Below, one piece after another: positions 26,550 to 36,331 of a stretch of 64,000 nt of DNA. Position numbers and translations under genes: made by a program. Location of the stretch: positions 5,952-69,951 of the forward strand of contig JAILEU010000137.1 of NCBI GenBank assembly GCA_024697785.1. The letters are read 5' to 3'. Source of the stretch: Bacteroidaceae bacterium (GTDB taxonomy: Bacteria > Bacteroidota > Bacteroidia > Bacteroidales > Bacteroidaceae). The notes under the pieces are model-generated. The model did no database searches, had not been told where the DNA came from, and saw nothing but the letters and a program-made list of their open reading frames with translations. The first letter of the stretch is position 1, and the number at the start of each line of letters is the position of its first letter.

Positions 26550-28025
26550 ATGAAAGCCTTCCGCCTTTTGCTGATTCTGCAGATTCTCACCCTTGTCCCC
26601 CACTCTGCCTACTGCCACATCACGCCCGGTCCGCTGGTGGGCGACCATATGGTGCTGCAGCAGCAGACCGACGTCCGCCTGTGGGGCTGGACGGACAACG
26701 CCGGCGCCACGCTGACGCTGCGCACCTCGTGGAGCAAGACCAAGTTCAAGGCTACCGCCGACGCTGACGGGCGCTGGGAGTTCCTCATCCCCACCCCTGC
26801 GGCTTCGTTCGAGCCCCAGACGGTGACTATCAGCGAGGGAAAGGAACGGCTGGAGCTGACCGACGTGCTCATCGGCGAGGTGTGGCTGGCCAGCGGACAG
26901 AGCAACATGGAGATGCCGCTGCACGGCTTCGAGGGCTGTCCCGTCGAGAACAGCGCGCAGCACATCATGGAGTCCATCCGCTACAAGGACCGCCTGCACT
27001 TCTGCACCGTCGCCTTCTCGCCTCATCCCGAGGAGGTCGATACCGTAACCGCCGTCTGGCAGAACTGTACGCCGCAGACGGCACGCGACTTCTGCGCCGT
27101 AGGCTACTTCTTCGGCATACAGCTCATCGAGGCGCTGGGGTGCCCAGTGGGCGTCATCAACAGTTCCTTAGGCGCCACACGCGTCGAGGGCTGGACGCCC
27201 AAGGACATCGTCAGCACCTATCCGGGCGAGAACCTCACCAGCGACACCTACCTGAACGCCCACCTCGTCCGCCCCGCGTACAACGTCGATCGCGGGCTGC
27301 CCTGCGTCTTCTACAACGGCATGATTCACCCCATCGAGCCCTACACCATTAAGGGATTCCTCTGGTATCAAGCCGAAGCGAACGCCCACGCTCCGGCCAC
27401 TTATGCCGACCGCCTTGTCCGCATGGTGCGCAGCTGGCGCGAACGCTGGGGACTGGGCGACCTGCCGTTCTACTACGTTGAGATCTGCCCCTTCGACTAC
27501 TACTGGCTGAGGGACAAGGCCACCGTCGCCCTCGTGCGCGAAGCCCAGTACAAAGCGTCGGAACAGCTTCCCCACATGGGTATGGTCTGCACCAACGACC
27601 TCGTGAAGGACTACGAGTACTGGCAAATCCACCCCTGCATGAAGAAGGAAGTCGGCGACCGCCTCTGCCTCTGGGCGTTGGGCGACACGTACGGCATCGA
27701 GGGCATCGACTACCGCTATCCCGTCTATCGCTCCATGCAGGTGGAGGATACTGAGCGGGGAAAGCAGGTACGAATCAGTTTCGACTATGCCGACGACGGC
27801 TTCAACCGCAACGTAGGCATCGAGGGCTTTGAGATTTGCGGCCCCGACAGCGTCTGGCACAAGGCCTCCGTTGGCACCAGCGGGCGCCAGGTCACCGTTC
27901 GCAGCGATGAGGTCAAGGAGCCCGTAGCCGTCCGCTACGCCTTCAAGAGCTTCCAGCTGGGCAACCTCAAGGGGGGCAGCGGCCTCCCCGTCATCCCCTT
28001 CCGCACAGACAATTTCCCGAAATAG
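26550..28025 (+). CDS. sialate O-acetylesterase (SASA family)
   Basis: ATG 26550 gives the signal peptide MKAFRLLLILQILTLV. Catalytic block GEVWLASGQSNMEMPL, followed by GFLWYQAEAN. Confidence 0.8.
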   Translation: MKAFRLLLILQILTLVPHSAYCHITPGPLVGDHMVLQQQTDVRLWGWTDNAGATLTLRTSWSKTKFKATADADGRWEFLIPTPAASFEPQTVTISEGKERLELTDVLIGEVWLASGQSNMEMPLHGFEGCPVENSAQHIMESIRYKDRLHFCTVAFSPHPEEVDTVTAVWQNCTPQTARDFCAVGYFFGIQLIEALGCPVGVINSSLGATRVEGWTPKDIVSTYPGENLTSDTYLNAHLVRPAYNVDRGLPCVFYNGMIHPIEPYTIKGFLWYQAEANAHAPATYADRLVRMVRSWRERWGLGDLPFYYVEICPFDYYWLRDKATVALVREAQYKASEQLPHMGMVCTNDLVKDYEYWQIHPCMKKEVGDRLCLWALGDTYGIEGIDYRYPVYRSMQVEDTERGKQVRISFDYADDGFNRNVGIEGFEICGPDSVWHKASVGTSGRQVTVRSDEVKEPVAVRYAFKSFQLGNLKGGSGLPVIPFRTDNFPK

Positions 28026-28564
28026 GAAACCTCGGACTTATCCAGGTCTCAGCGCTCATGCAATTCATCCATCTGAGAACGCACTACGTCCATCTGAGGA
28101 CGCACTACGTTGTGCCCGTAACGTAGTGCGCTGAGCGCACAAAGCAAGGGGCTGACATCACAGCGTTTGATTCTGGCGGGACAGCGTTTGATTCTGACAG
28201 CGTAGCGTTTAAGCAGAAAAACATATCTTTCCGCTTACAATCCGTAACTTCGCCCTGAAAGGACGACGTTTGCAGGCCGGGAGAAGGTTAAGCTGATGGC
28301 ACCAAGGGTTTCCGGCTCCTCCATTCCACGGAGAAACTCCGTTTTCCTGCGCGGTTTTCTTTTTGACCCGTCACTCGGAAACTCCCAACTTTTTGCCTCT
28401 GCTTACAGATTGTAACCTCTTCCTCCACTCTGTTCAGACGCCCTTCTCGGTCCTATAAGACCTTTTGTCGAGTGACGGGTTGAAAAGGAAACCGCTCAGC
28501 AGAGGCCACTTCTATAGTGGAATCGCTTCCTACGGAACCCGTCACGCGCAAGGAGGAAAGGGTT

Positions 28565-28741
28565 ATGAAAAGAATAGTTTCCGTACTCCTGGTTCTCATC
28601 CTGCTGCCCTACGTCTTTCTAATCTCTACGGGAGGAAGGCTGCTGAGCCTGTTGGGCTACATCGGCCTCATCGCCACCCTGGCCGAATGTGCATTGATCA
28701 TCATTCCGCTCTCTCAACCCCGAAACCATGAGGACAACTGA
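28565..28741 (+). CDS. small two-TM membrane protein (speculative)
   Basis: 58-aa ORF MKRIVSVLLVLILLPYVFL... preceded by AAGGAGGAAAGGGTT, an unusually strong SD-like box for this genome. No family is recognised. Confidence 0.3.
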   Translation: MKRIVSVLLVLILLPYVFLISTGGRLLSLLGYIGLIATLAECALIIIPLSQPRNHEDN

Positions 28742-28811
28742 ACATACGCCGGAGATGCAATACAACCACTCCATCTCGGAGGATACCCTCCATGTGGGAT
28801 GAACGGGTGAG

Positions 28812-30014
28812 TCAGAGGATAATGCCCCGCTCCATCAGCTCCATGCAGGCACGGCCGTTGTGGTAGGGACACTTCCAGAAGCCCGCCTTGTCCTCGGAGG
28901 TGTCGGGGGTGAGGTCGGGGAAGTGAACCGCCCAATACCATTCGCCCTGCTCGCGGTCAACCAAATGGGATTTAATGAAGTCCCATGTACTCAACGCTCT
29001 GTCCAAAGCTTCCGCATCGCCAAAGTGCTGCCAGATGTTATAGTAGCCGACGACCGTCTCGGCATACTCCCACCATTGGGGGGATAATGCGTGATCAGTG
29101 AACGGTGAACCGTGAACTGGTGAGTGATCATTATTCACCTTCACGCCCAGACACTCGAACTCGGCGTGCTCGGCAACGGCGCGGACAACGGGTTCCACGC
29201 GAGCCAGCAGGGCCTCGTCGCCCAGCACCAAGGCGGCTTCGTGAATGAGCCAGGAGGCTTCGATGTCGTGGCCGTAGGAGGTTGCGTCAACCTTCGAGTT
29301 CCAGTCGTCGTCGAAAAAGAGGCGCAGGTGGAAGGTCTGTGGGTCGAGGATACGGTCGATGAAGATGTCGATGAGATTGCGGATGGCTGCAGCGAGGCGG
29401 GCGTCGGGCCACACACGATAGAGGTTGGTGTAGGGCTCGAGGATGTGCAGGTGGGTGTTCATCGTCTTGCGCTCGTTGGCGTCCTTGTCGCTCAGGCGCA
29501 TGTCGGCAATCTCGCCCCACTCGCGGGTGAAGGCCTCGAAGTAGCCGTTCCGCTCGGTGTCGAAGCTGTGGTTCTCAATGTCGAAGAAGAGCTTCATGGC
29601 GTGGGCCAGGGACGACTTGTCGCCCGTAGCGCGAGCATACTCCGAGAGGCCGTAGATGGCGAAGCCAAGGGCGTAGATCTGCTTCTTCGTGTCGCGCGGC
29701 GTGCCGTCGGGGTTGAGCGACCAATAGACGCCGCTATACTCGGGGTCGAAGAAATTGTCCAGCAGGGCACATTTGGCACGGGTGGCCATATAGAGGTAGG
29801 CTGGCTCGCCAAGAATGCGGTAAGCGGCGGAGAACGTCCAGAGGATGCGGGCGTTCAGGATAGCGCCCTTCTCAGCTTCGGGATGGACGTTGCCCAGCCC
29901 GTCGATACGTCCGTAGAACCCGCCGCGGGGGTCGAGCATACGGGTCATCCAGAACGGGAGGATGAAGTCGGTTAGCATAGTGCGCGCGGCACTAACGAAG
30001 TCGCTGGGCTGCAT
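28812..30014 (-). CDS. N-acylglucosamine 2-epimerase family protein (cellobiose/mannobiose 2-epimerase-like)
   Basis: AGE alpha6/alpha6 barrel motifs: FWMTRMLDPRGGFYG, KQIYALGFAIYGLSEY, MNTHLHILEPYTNLY, SYGHDIEASWL, FWKCPYHNGRACMEL. An alternative start lies at 30050. Confidence 0.85.
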   Translation of the reverse strand: MQPSDFVSAARTMLTDFILPFWMTRMLDPRGGFYGRIDGLGNVHPEAEKGAILNARILWTFSAAYRILGEPAYLYMATRAKCALLDNFFDPEYSGVYWSLNPDGTPRDTKKQIYALGFAIYGLSEYARATGDKSSLAHAMKLFFDIENHSFDTERNGYFEAFTREWGEIADMRLSDKDANERKTMNTHLHILEPYTNLYRVWPDARLAAAIRNLIDIFIDRILDPQTFHLRLFFDDDWNSKVDATSYGHDIEASWLIHEAALVLGDEALLARVEPVVRAVAEHAEFECLGVKVNNDHSPVHGSPFTDHALSPQWWEYAETVVGYYNIWQHFGDAEALDRALSTWDFIKSHLVDREQGEWYWAVHFPDLTPDTSEDKAGFWKCPYHNGRACMELMERGIIL

Positions 30015-31287
30015 CGCGGATGATGTTACAAGTGGATTCGTCAGAAGCAAACACGGAGTTGAGACCCTGCTGCTCCTGAGCGGGGTCGCCGGTATAGTCG
30101 TCGCCTACGGCCCACCAGATGTGCTCTGTCGAAGGTTCGGCAAAGCCGCCCCATCCCCAGAAGTTACAGCCGGCAAACGGGCCTTTAGCGGCACGGTCGG
30201 CCTCGATGAGACTGAAGATATAGGCGTAGAACTCGTCGCGGCAATGGGTCGTGGAGGATTTGCTGAACTGGAAGCCGTCGCGCGGGAAGCCGAACTCCTC
30301 CATCACCATCGGCTTACCGATGCGGGCGGCCATTTCGGCATGAAGGTCGATGTAGGCCTTTGCCTCGCGCTTCGCCACAGGCAGGTTCTCGCAGACGGTG
30401 CTGTCGCTAATCCAGTTCCAGTTGAGCGGCCAGAGGTGGAAGTTGAGGTAGTCGATGTTCTTGTCGGCATGGATGCGTTCGCACATCGCCACATCGCTCT
30501 CGCAGCCGTACTTGCCTTCGCTGCCGGTTGCCACCATGTGGTTGGGGTCGAGGCTCTTGATCTGTGCCGCGACGTCCAGCACCCACTCCTCGAAGGCCTT
30601 GAAGTTCTTCTGCCCGAAGGGGCGAGGCTCGTTGCCTATCTGCCAGGCAAAGAGGGCGGGGTCTTCGGTGTAGGGCTTTCCCGTGTAGCGGTTGGTGCGG
30701 GTGACGACGTGCTGCACGTGGCGCTTGAACATGGCCTTTGCGCTGTCGTTCTGGGCGTATTTCGCCACGTGGCGCTGGAAGGCGTTCCACCCATCGACGG
30801 CAGGAATAGGTGCCTTGCCCTCGCCAGCCCATTCGAGATAGACGCTGTAGCCGCCTGTCCACTCCCACGAGTTGTTCATGTAGAGCACGGCGGTCATGTC
30901 GCGTTTGCCCAGTTCGGCCATGAAGTAATCCAATCCGTCGAAGATGGTGTCGTTATAGACGCCCGGAGCCGTCTGCAGCGTGGGTTCAATCTTAGCGGGT
31001 ACACCCCGTTCGCCGTCGGCACCCACGAGGACGCGCAGGTTGTCGATGCCGATGCTCTTCATATAGTCGAGCTCGCGTGCCAGGCGGGCGCGGTCGCCGC
31101 CCTGACCCGTAGAGCCGAGGATGGCGCCGTACCAGAAGTTGGTGCCGACGAAATAATAGGGTTGTCCGCTACGGACGAACTGGCCGTTTTCCACATGGAC
31201 GAAGGGAGAGGACGTCTGCTTTGGTGTACAGGAGCAGACACACGCGCCCATCAGCGCGATGATAAGAAGTCGGAAAGATGCTTTCAT
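29992..31287 (-). CDS. GH5 endo-beta-1,4-mannanase lipoprotein
   Basis: ATG 31287 gives MKASFRLLIIALMGACVCSC (lipobox). Acid/base block WQIGNEPR and nucleophile block VMEEFGF. The longer track ORF (to 31686) is a Pro/Ser-rich artefact. Confidence 0.85.
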   Translation of the reverse strand: MKASFRLLIIALMGACVCSCTPKQTSSPFVHVENGQFVRSGQPYYFVGTNFWYGAILGSTGQGGDRARLARELDYMKSIGIDNLRVLVGADGERGVPAKIEPTLQTAPGVYNDTIFDGLDYFMAELGKRDMTAVLYMNNSWEWTGGYSVYLEWAGEGKAPIPAVDGWNAFQRHVAKYAQNDSAKAMFKRHVQHVVTRTNRYTGKPYTEDPALFAWQIGNEPRPFGQKNFKAFEEWVLDVAAQIKSLDPNHMVATGSEGKYGCESDVAMCERIHADKNIDYLNFHLWPLNWNWISDSTVCENLPVAKREAKAYIDLHAEMAARIGKPMVMEEFGFPRDGFQFSKSSTTHCRDEFYAYIFSLIEADRAAKGPFAGCNFWGWGGFAEPSTEHIWWAVGDDYTGDPAQEQQGLNSVFASDESTCNIIRDAAQRLR

Positions 31288-31297
31288 TTTATTATTG

Positions 31298-34282
31298 TTA
31301 GAATTTGATATGCAGGGATTCGCCGTGATAGTCGGCGGCGGCGCGGGTGGCGGTGCCGTCGGGGGCGTGGAGCACAACGGTGATTCGTTTGTCGGCCACC
31401 ATCTCGGGGAACGATCCGTTGCGATGGCCGATGGTGAGGGTGCGGGTGGCGTCGTCGTAACGGATGGGGATGAAGGAGCAGAAGCCGCGTTCGTAGGCGT
31501 AAGTGGTGCCTTCGTCCTCGTAAAGGGTGAAGCGGCCGTCGCGTCCGGCATAGACATCGATGGTGAGTTCGGCGAGGGGTTTCTCGGAAGCATACTGCAT
31601 GTCGGGGCCGGTGAGCAGAATGGCGCCGGCAGGCACGAAGACGGGGATGCGCTCGTAGGGGGCATCGACGAGGCTCTGCTCGCCACCGCCGTCGGAGACG
31701 TGCTGAGCCGTATAGAAGTCGTACCATCCGCCCTTGTTCTCAGGGAAATAGACCTCTCTGCTACGTGCGCCGTAGGTGCAGACGGGGCAGACCATCAGCG
31801 AGGGGCCGAACATGAACTGGTCGCTGACGCCGTAGGTGCGCGTGTCGGCGGTGAAGTCCATCGGCAGGCCGCGCATGGGGGTGTAGTCGGCAAAGTGAGT
31901 CATGCCGTTCAGGGAGTAGATGTAGGGCATGAGGCGATAGCGAAGGCGGTCGTAGTAGAGCATGCTCTCATAGGCGGGGTGACCCTCGGGGGCGGTGTTC
32001 CAGATCTCACGCGGCGGGAACTGTCCGTGGACGCGGAAGAGGGGCACGAAGGCGTCGGCCTGGAACCAGCGTGCCTGCAGCTCGCGCCATTCGTCCAGAT
32101 CGTCGCTCCCGGCACCTGTCTGCTGGTAGAGGCTCCAGGCGCGTTCGTAGCGACGTTCGGTACAGAATCCTCCGGAGTCCATTCCCCAGAAGGGTATGCC
32201 GCTCATGCAGAAGTTAATGCCAGCCGAGATCTGCGCCTTCATGTCCTCCCAACGGGTGCCGATGTCGCCGCTCCAGATGGCGGTGCTGTAGCGCTGCAGG
32301 CCTGCATAGCCGTTGCGGGTGAGGAGGAAGACGCGTGTGTCGGGGTTGACGCTGCGCTGGCCGTTATAGATGGCGTCGGCGTTCATCAGGCCGTATGCCA
32401 TCAGGTATTCGGTTGATGAGCCGAGCTCCGTGGGGCCGCAGAGGGCTTTCAAGTAGGGCATCTCCTGACAGTCGCGAACGTTGGGTTCGCTGGCGTCCAT
32501 CCACCAGGCATCGATGGGATAACGGCTATAGAGGTGGTCGTTCATCTGCTTCCAGAAGAGCTGGCGGGCACCCGGACTATAGGCATCGTAGAACGAGCCG
32601 ACATAGCCCCGTCCCACCCAGTCGCGGATGCTATCCTCAACGGCACGACGGTACATCCAGCCGCGTTCGTCAAACTCGCGGAAATGCTCGGTATTGGCAT
32701 AGAACTTGGGCCAGACGGAAATCATGTAGCGCGTGTTCATGGCGTGGATGCTGTCGATCATGGCACGTGGATCAGGGTAGCGTACACGGTCGAACTCATG
32801 GCTGCCCCATTGGTCTTCCTGCCAATAGAACCAGTCCTGCACGATGACGTCGAGGGGTATCTGCCGGCGGCGCAGCTCGGCCACGATGCCGGTTATCTGT
32901 TCGGCCGTCTGATAGCGCTCGCGGCATTGCCAGAAGCCCATTGCCCAGCGGGGCATCACGGGCGCCCGGCCTGTGACGGCGCGATAGCCGCTGACGACGC
33001 GGTCGAGGGGAGAAAGCGTAAGCGATGCCTGAACGTCCCCGGAAATGCCGGAGACACCGGAAATAAAATAGTAATCCACTTCGTCGCCCATCTCGCTCCA
33101 GAAGGCGATGGTGTTCGCCTCGTCCGCAGGACGGGGTGTGAGGGCTGTGAGGGCACAATAGGAGCTGCCGCCGTCAGGCATCCACTCAATGCGGACGGGC
33201 ACCCTGCGGCCGGCCTCAAGGGGATAGGCAAACTTGTAGCTGTTGGGGTTCCAAGCCGTACGCCAGCGCTCAGGTACCACCTCGTCGCCGCCCACAACCA
33301 CACGGGTGTAGCCGGCGTAATAGAGGAGGAAGCGGTGCAGCCCGCTCTCCTTCGCCTCAATCTCGCCCTCAAAGACAACACGTGCGCCGTCGAGGGGAAA
33401 CTGGGGCAAGTAACGGCGGTTGTTCTGCTCATTGTCGAAGTTGAGGAAGGGCTCCTGGCGGACAAGGCGGTCGGCGTGATTAGCATCGCCACCACTGCCC
33501 CGCTCCCACGTGCTGGTGAGACCACCTTTCGTGCCGTCCTTGCCATAGAGGGTGAACCCCTCGTCGAGGCGGGCGTATGGACGGGCATCACCCCAGCGGC
33601 TCTCGCTGTAGTTGTCCCATAGGATGCCGTAGCCTTTCGTGGAGACAATCATCGGGACGGAGACCTTCGTGTTGTATTGGAAGAGGTTCTCGTTCAGGTC
33701 GCGGTAGTTGAACTCGTCGCTCTGGTGCTGCCCGAGGCCATAGTATGCCTCATCTGCCCCACTCCGCCACAGCTGGCGCAGGGTGTAGGCCTGCTTGTGA
33801 CGCCCTTGCTTATTCTCCTGCGGGTCGGTCATGGGGGTGAGGATGCGGCCTTGTTCGGTCAGGATGGGGTGTCCGTCGGGGTCGGTGAAGCTGACGATGC
33901 CGTCGGTCTGCACAATGGCGCGCAGGGCAGGTGTTGCGAGCACCACGGTGCCATCTTCACGTTCGCTGACTGTCCACGTCTTTTCCTCCGGATAGGCAAA
34001 ACTGGCCATGAGGCTCTGGCGCGTCGAGAAGGCCTTTGCCGCCGTAGCACTGACACGGACGACATGGTCGTTGACCACCTCTAAGCGCACCATGCGGACG
34101 GGCGATGAGGACGTTGCGGAGGTGTGCCGGCCAGTCCGGCTGTCAGCGGCAACCTTCACGACGACCCCATGAGGCGTTTCGGTGACACGCGAGCCACAAC
34201 CTGCCAGCAGACAAACGACCAACAACGGGAACACTACGGCCGTAGCCGCACCAACAACACGTTTCAAGCGATAGGACAGCAT
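31298..34282 (-). CDS. glycoside hydrolase family 31 (alpha-xylosidase/alpha-glucosidase type) lipoprotein
   Basis: ATG 34282 gives MLSYRLKRVVGAATAVVFPLLVVCLLAGC. GH31 catalytic blocks IDAWWMDASEPN and IPFWGMDSGGF. A TATCTTTG box lies 32 nt upstream. Confidence 0.85.
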   Translation of the reverse strand: MLSYRLKRVVGAATAVVFPLLVVCLLAGCGSRVTETPHGVVVKVAADSRTGRHTSATSSSPVRMVRLEVVNDHVVRVSATAAKAFSTRQSLMASFAYPEEKTWTVSEREDGTVVLATPALRAIVQTDGIVSFTDPDGHPILTEQGRILTPMTDPQENKQGRHKQAYTLRQLWRSGADEAYYGLGQHQSDEFNYRDLNENLFQYNTKVSVPMIVSTKGYGILWDNYSESRWGDARPYARLDEGFTLYGKDGTKGGLTSTWERGSGGDANHADRLVRQEPFLNFDNEQNNRRYLPQFPLDGARVVFEGEIEAKESGLHRFLLYYAGYTRVVVGGDEVVPERWRTAWNPNSYKFAYPLEAGRRVPVRIEWMPDGGSSYCALTALTPRPADEANTIAFWSEMGDEVDYYFISGVSGISGDVQASLTLSPLDRVVSGYRAVTGRAPVMPRWAMGFWQCRERYQTAEQITGIVAELRRRQIPLDVIVQDWFYWQEDQWGSHEFDRVRYPDPRAMIDSIHAMNTRYMISVWPKFYANTEHFREFDERGWMYRRAVEDSIRDWVGRGYVGSFYDAYSPGARQLFWKQMNDHLYSRYPIDAWWMDASEPNVRDCQEMPYLKALCGPTELGSSTEYLMAYGLMNADAIYNGQRSVNPDTRVFLLTRNGYAGLQRYSTAIWSGDIGTRWEDMKAQISAGINFCMSGIPFWGMDSGGFCTERRYERAWSLYQQTGAGSDDLDEWRELQARWFQADAFVPLFRVHGQFPPREIWNTAPEGHPAYESMLYYDRLRYRLMPYIYSLNGMTHFADYTPMRGLPMDFTADTRTYGVSDQFMFGPSLMVCPVCTYGARSREVYFPENKGGWYDFYTAQHVSDGGGEQSLVDAPYERIPVFVPAGAILLTGPDMQYASEKPLAELTIDVYAGRDGRFTLYEDEGTTYAYERGFCSFIPIRYDDATRTLTIGHRNGSFPEMVADKRITVVLHAPDGTATRAAADYHGESLHIKF

Positions 34283-34313
34283 AAGCGATTCTTCAAAGGT
34301 TTCAATTACCCCG

Positions 34314-34321
34314 CAAAGATA
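34314..34321 (-). promoter_or_regulatory. -7 box TATCTTTG upstream of GH31-GH5-epimerase string
   Basis: Minus-strand TAnnTTTG 32 nt upstream of ATG 34282. Confidence 0.5.
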
Positions 34322-34496
34322 CAGACTCTTTTCAAGACCTCCAAACGACAAGGGACAAAATGGGATAAAAAAGTGGGGAAAAACCGAGTTTCTGCAAGAT
34401 GGGGAGAAAAAACACGGTCTGCGTTTTGGCCGCATCAGAAAAAAGCCGTAACTTAGCAGCCGAAAAAACAAAACAACCCTTAAAACCATTTCAGAC

Positions 34497-35360
34497 ATGA
34501 GATTAGAAGGAAGACGTGAGAGCACGAACGTGGACGACCGCCGTCGCAGCGGCGGTGCAGGCAAGGCAGCCGGCATGGGCATCGGAGGCCTGATAGTGGT
34601 GGCACTGATAACGCTGGTGATGGGCGGCAACCCGCTCGACGTGCTTCAGCAGGCAGGCGGTCTCACCTACACCTCTGCCGACGGGGGTACCTACGAACCC
34701 ACGGCCGAGGAGGAGGAACTGGCCAAGTTCGCCAGTCAGATACTGGCCGGTACGGAGGACGTGTGGACAAGCGAGTTCAAGAAACTGGGACGCACCTACC
34801 AGCCCCCCAAGCTGGTGTTGTTCCACGGCAGCGTACAGAGCGGCTGCGGAGGCGCTTCAGCCTCGTCGGGGCCTTTCTACTGCTCGGCCGACCAATGCGT
34901 CTATCTCGATCTCAGCTTCTTCTCGACCATGCGCAAACAGTTCGGTACGGCAGGCGACTTCGCTTACGCCTACGTCATTGCTCACGAGGTGGGACACCAC
35001 GTACAGTATCTGCTGGGCACCCTCACCCAGGCTCACCAGCAGATGGCACGCGTCAGCAAGGCTGAGAGCAACCAGATCAGCGTACGGCTGGAGCTACAGG
35101 CCGATTTCTACGCGGGCGTATGGGCGCATAATGATAACAAGATGTACGGTTCGCTGGAGAACGGCGACGTGGAGGAAGGCCTGGCCATCGCCTCGAAAAT
35201 CGGCGACGACTACCTTCAGAAGCAGGCACAAGGATACACGGTGCCCGAGTCATTCAACCACGGAACCTCGGCTCAGCGCCAGCGCTGGCTCAAGAAGGGC
35301 ATCCAGACGGGCGACATCCGCCAAGGCGACACCTTCAGCCCCAGCTACAGCAACCTCTAA
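34497..35360 (+). CDS. ypfJ: YpfJ-family neutral zinc metallopeptidase
   Basis: 287-aa ORF with an N-terminal RRESTNVDDRR plus TM segment, FYCSADQCVYLDLSF, and the zinc site YVIAHEVGHHVQ. Confidence 0.85.
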   Translation: MRLEGRRESTNVDDRRRSGGAGKAAGMGIGGLIVVALITLVMGGNPLDVLQQAGGLTYTSADGGTYEPTAEEEELAKFASQILAGTEDVWTSEFKKLGRTYQPPKLVLFHGSVQSGCGGASASSGPFYCSADQCVYLDLSFFSTMRKQFGTAGDFAYAYVIAHEVGHHVQYLLGTLTQAHQQMARVSKAESNQISVRLELQADFYAGVWAHNDNKMYGSLENGDVEEGLAIASKIGDDYLQKQAQGYTVPESFNHGTSAQRQRWLKKGIQTGDIRQGDTFSPSYSNL

Positions 35361-35377
35361 TCCGCCCCACCCCACCC

Positions 35378-35422
35378 CCTATAGTACCTATAGTGCCTAT
35401 AGTTCCTATAGTTCCTATAGCT
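35378..35422. repeat. CCTATAG 9-bp word array (5 units)
   Basis: cctatagtacctatagtgcctatagttcctatagttcctatag, directly after the ypfJ stop. Confidence 0.9.
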
Positions 35423-35521
35423 CCCCCCCAAAAAAAATCTTCTTCTCCTGCAACTTTTTGGGAATTGGTAACGTCTAACACACGAAAACAAGAAAAAACC
35501 AACCCTTAAACAACAAGAGTC

Positions 35522-35887
35522 ATGAAAGCAGAAAACGAAAAGTATTGTGTGAACTGCGGCGAGGCCATCGATGCCCGCGCAGAAGTTTGCCCCAAATGTG
35601 GCGTGCGTCAGCCGACCGAATATGCCGAAACGCAGCACTTCCACGCCGAACCCGCTCCGAAGAGGGGCCTCAACGAGCGTTGGCTCATCACCCTACTGCT
35701 CTGCATCCTACCTTGCATCGTCGGCATCAACGGCATCCACCGTTTCTACACGGGTAAAATCGGCACAGGCGTGCTCATGCTCCTCACCCTCGGCGGCTGC
35801 GGCATCTGGACGCTCATCGATATCATCATGATTGCCACGAACCAGTACAAGGACGACGACGGCATCGTCATCTCCTACAGCGAGTAA
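35522..35887 (+). CDS. zinc-ribbon plus TM2 domain protein
   Basis: N-terminal CVNCG...CPKCG zinc ribbon. TM2 core GINGIHRFYTGKIGTGVLMLLTLGGCGIWTLIDIIMI. Confidence 0.8.
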   Translation: MKAENEKYCVNCGEAIDARAEVCPKCGVRQPTEYAETQHFHAEPAPKRGLNERWLITLLLCILPCIVGINGIHRFYTGKIGTGVLMLLTLGGCGIWTLIDIIMIATNQYKDDDGIVISYSE

Positions 35888-35944
35888 CGGAGAGGAGAGT
35901 TCCCTCTCCACCTTGCAATAACGTCATCGAGAAGAATTTATAAT

Positions 35945-36280
35945 TTGTTACATCCACTCTTCTCCTACATCCGGGCACGATGGCTTCTGGCCATCGTGCT
36001 TGTCTATGCAGGCATAGGGCTGCCGCTGCGCGCATTTGCCGGCATCAACATCATGCCCCCCTGCCTCTACTCCACCCTCTTCCACATCCGCTGCCCTGGC
36101 TGCGGCATCACCACCGCGACAACCCTCATCCTCCAAGGCCGTTTTGTCGATGCCTGGCACACCAATCCCCTTGCCTTCCCCGCCATCATTATTATTTTAG
36201 CCGCCGTCGTTGCCGATTATTCCAAATTTCTTCGTACCTTTGCCGATGATTCCACGAATAAACAAATGCCGGAATCGTAA
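35945..36280 (+). CDS. DUF2752 family membrane protein
   Basis: 111-aa ORF (TTG start) with the CLYSTLFHIRCPGCGITTA motif characteristic of DUF2752. It is adjacent to a TM2 gene, as is often seen. Confidence 0.7.
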   Translation: MLHPLFSYIRARWLLAIVLVYAGIGLPLRAFAGINIMPPCLYSTLFHIRCPGCGITTATTLILQGRFVDAWHTNPLAFPAIIIILAAVVADYSKFLRTFADDSTNKQMPES

Positions 36281-36331
36281 ATTCGTCAAAACGAAATTCA
36301 TAAATCGCCAACCGTCAAATTATAAGTTCCA

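Noticed and set aside
28260-28560. Riboswitch or structured leader upstream of the mini-ORF.
   Set aside because: Only local inverted repeats are visible, with no conserved core of any riboswitch class I can recognise. It is reported as an unexplained region instead.
31288-31686. Long N-terminal extensions of the GH5 ORF (to 31686) and the GH31 ORF (34283-34630).
   Set aside because: The translations are Pro/Ser/Ala-rich and overlap the neighbouring gene or promoter. Internal ATGs give canonical lipoprotein signals (LMGACVCSC; LLAGCGS), with -7 boxes placed appropriately.
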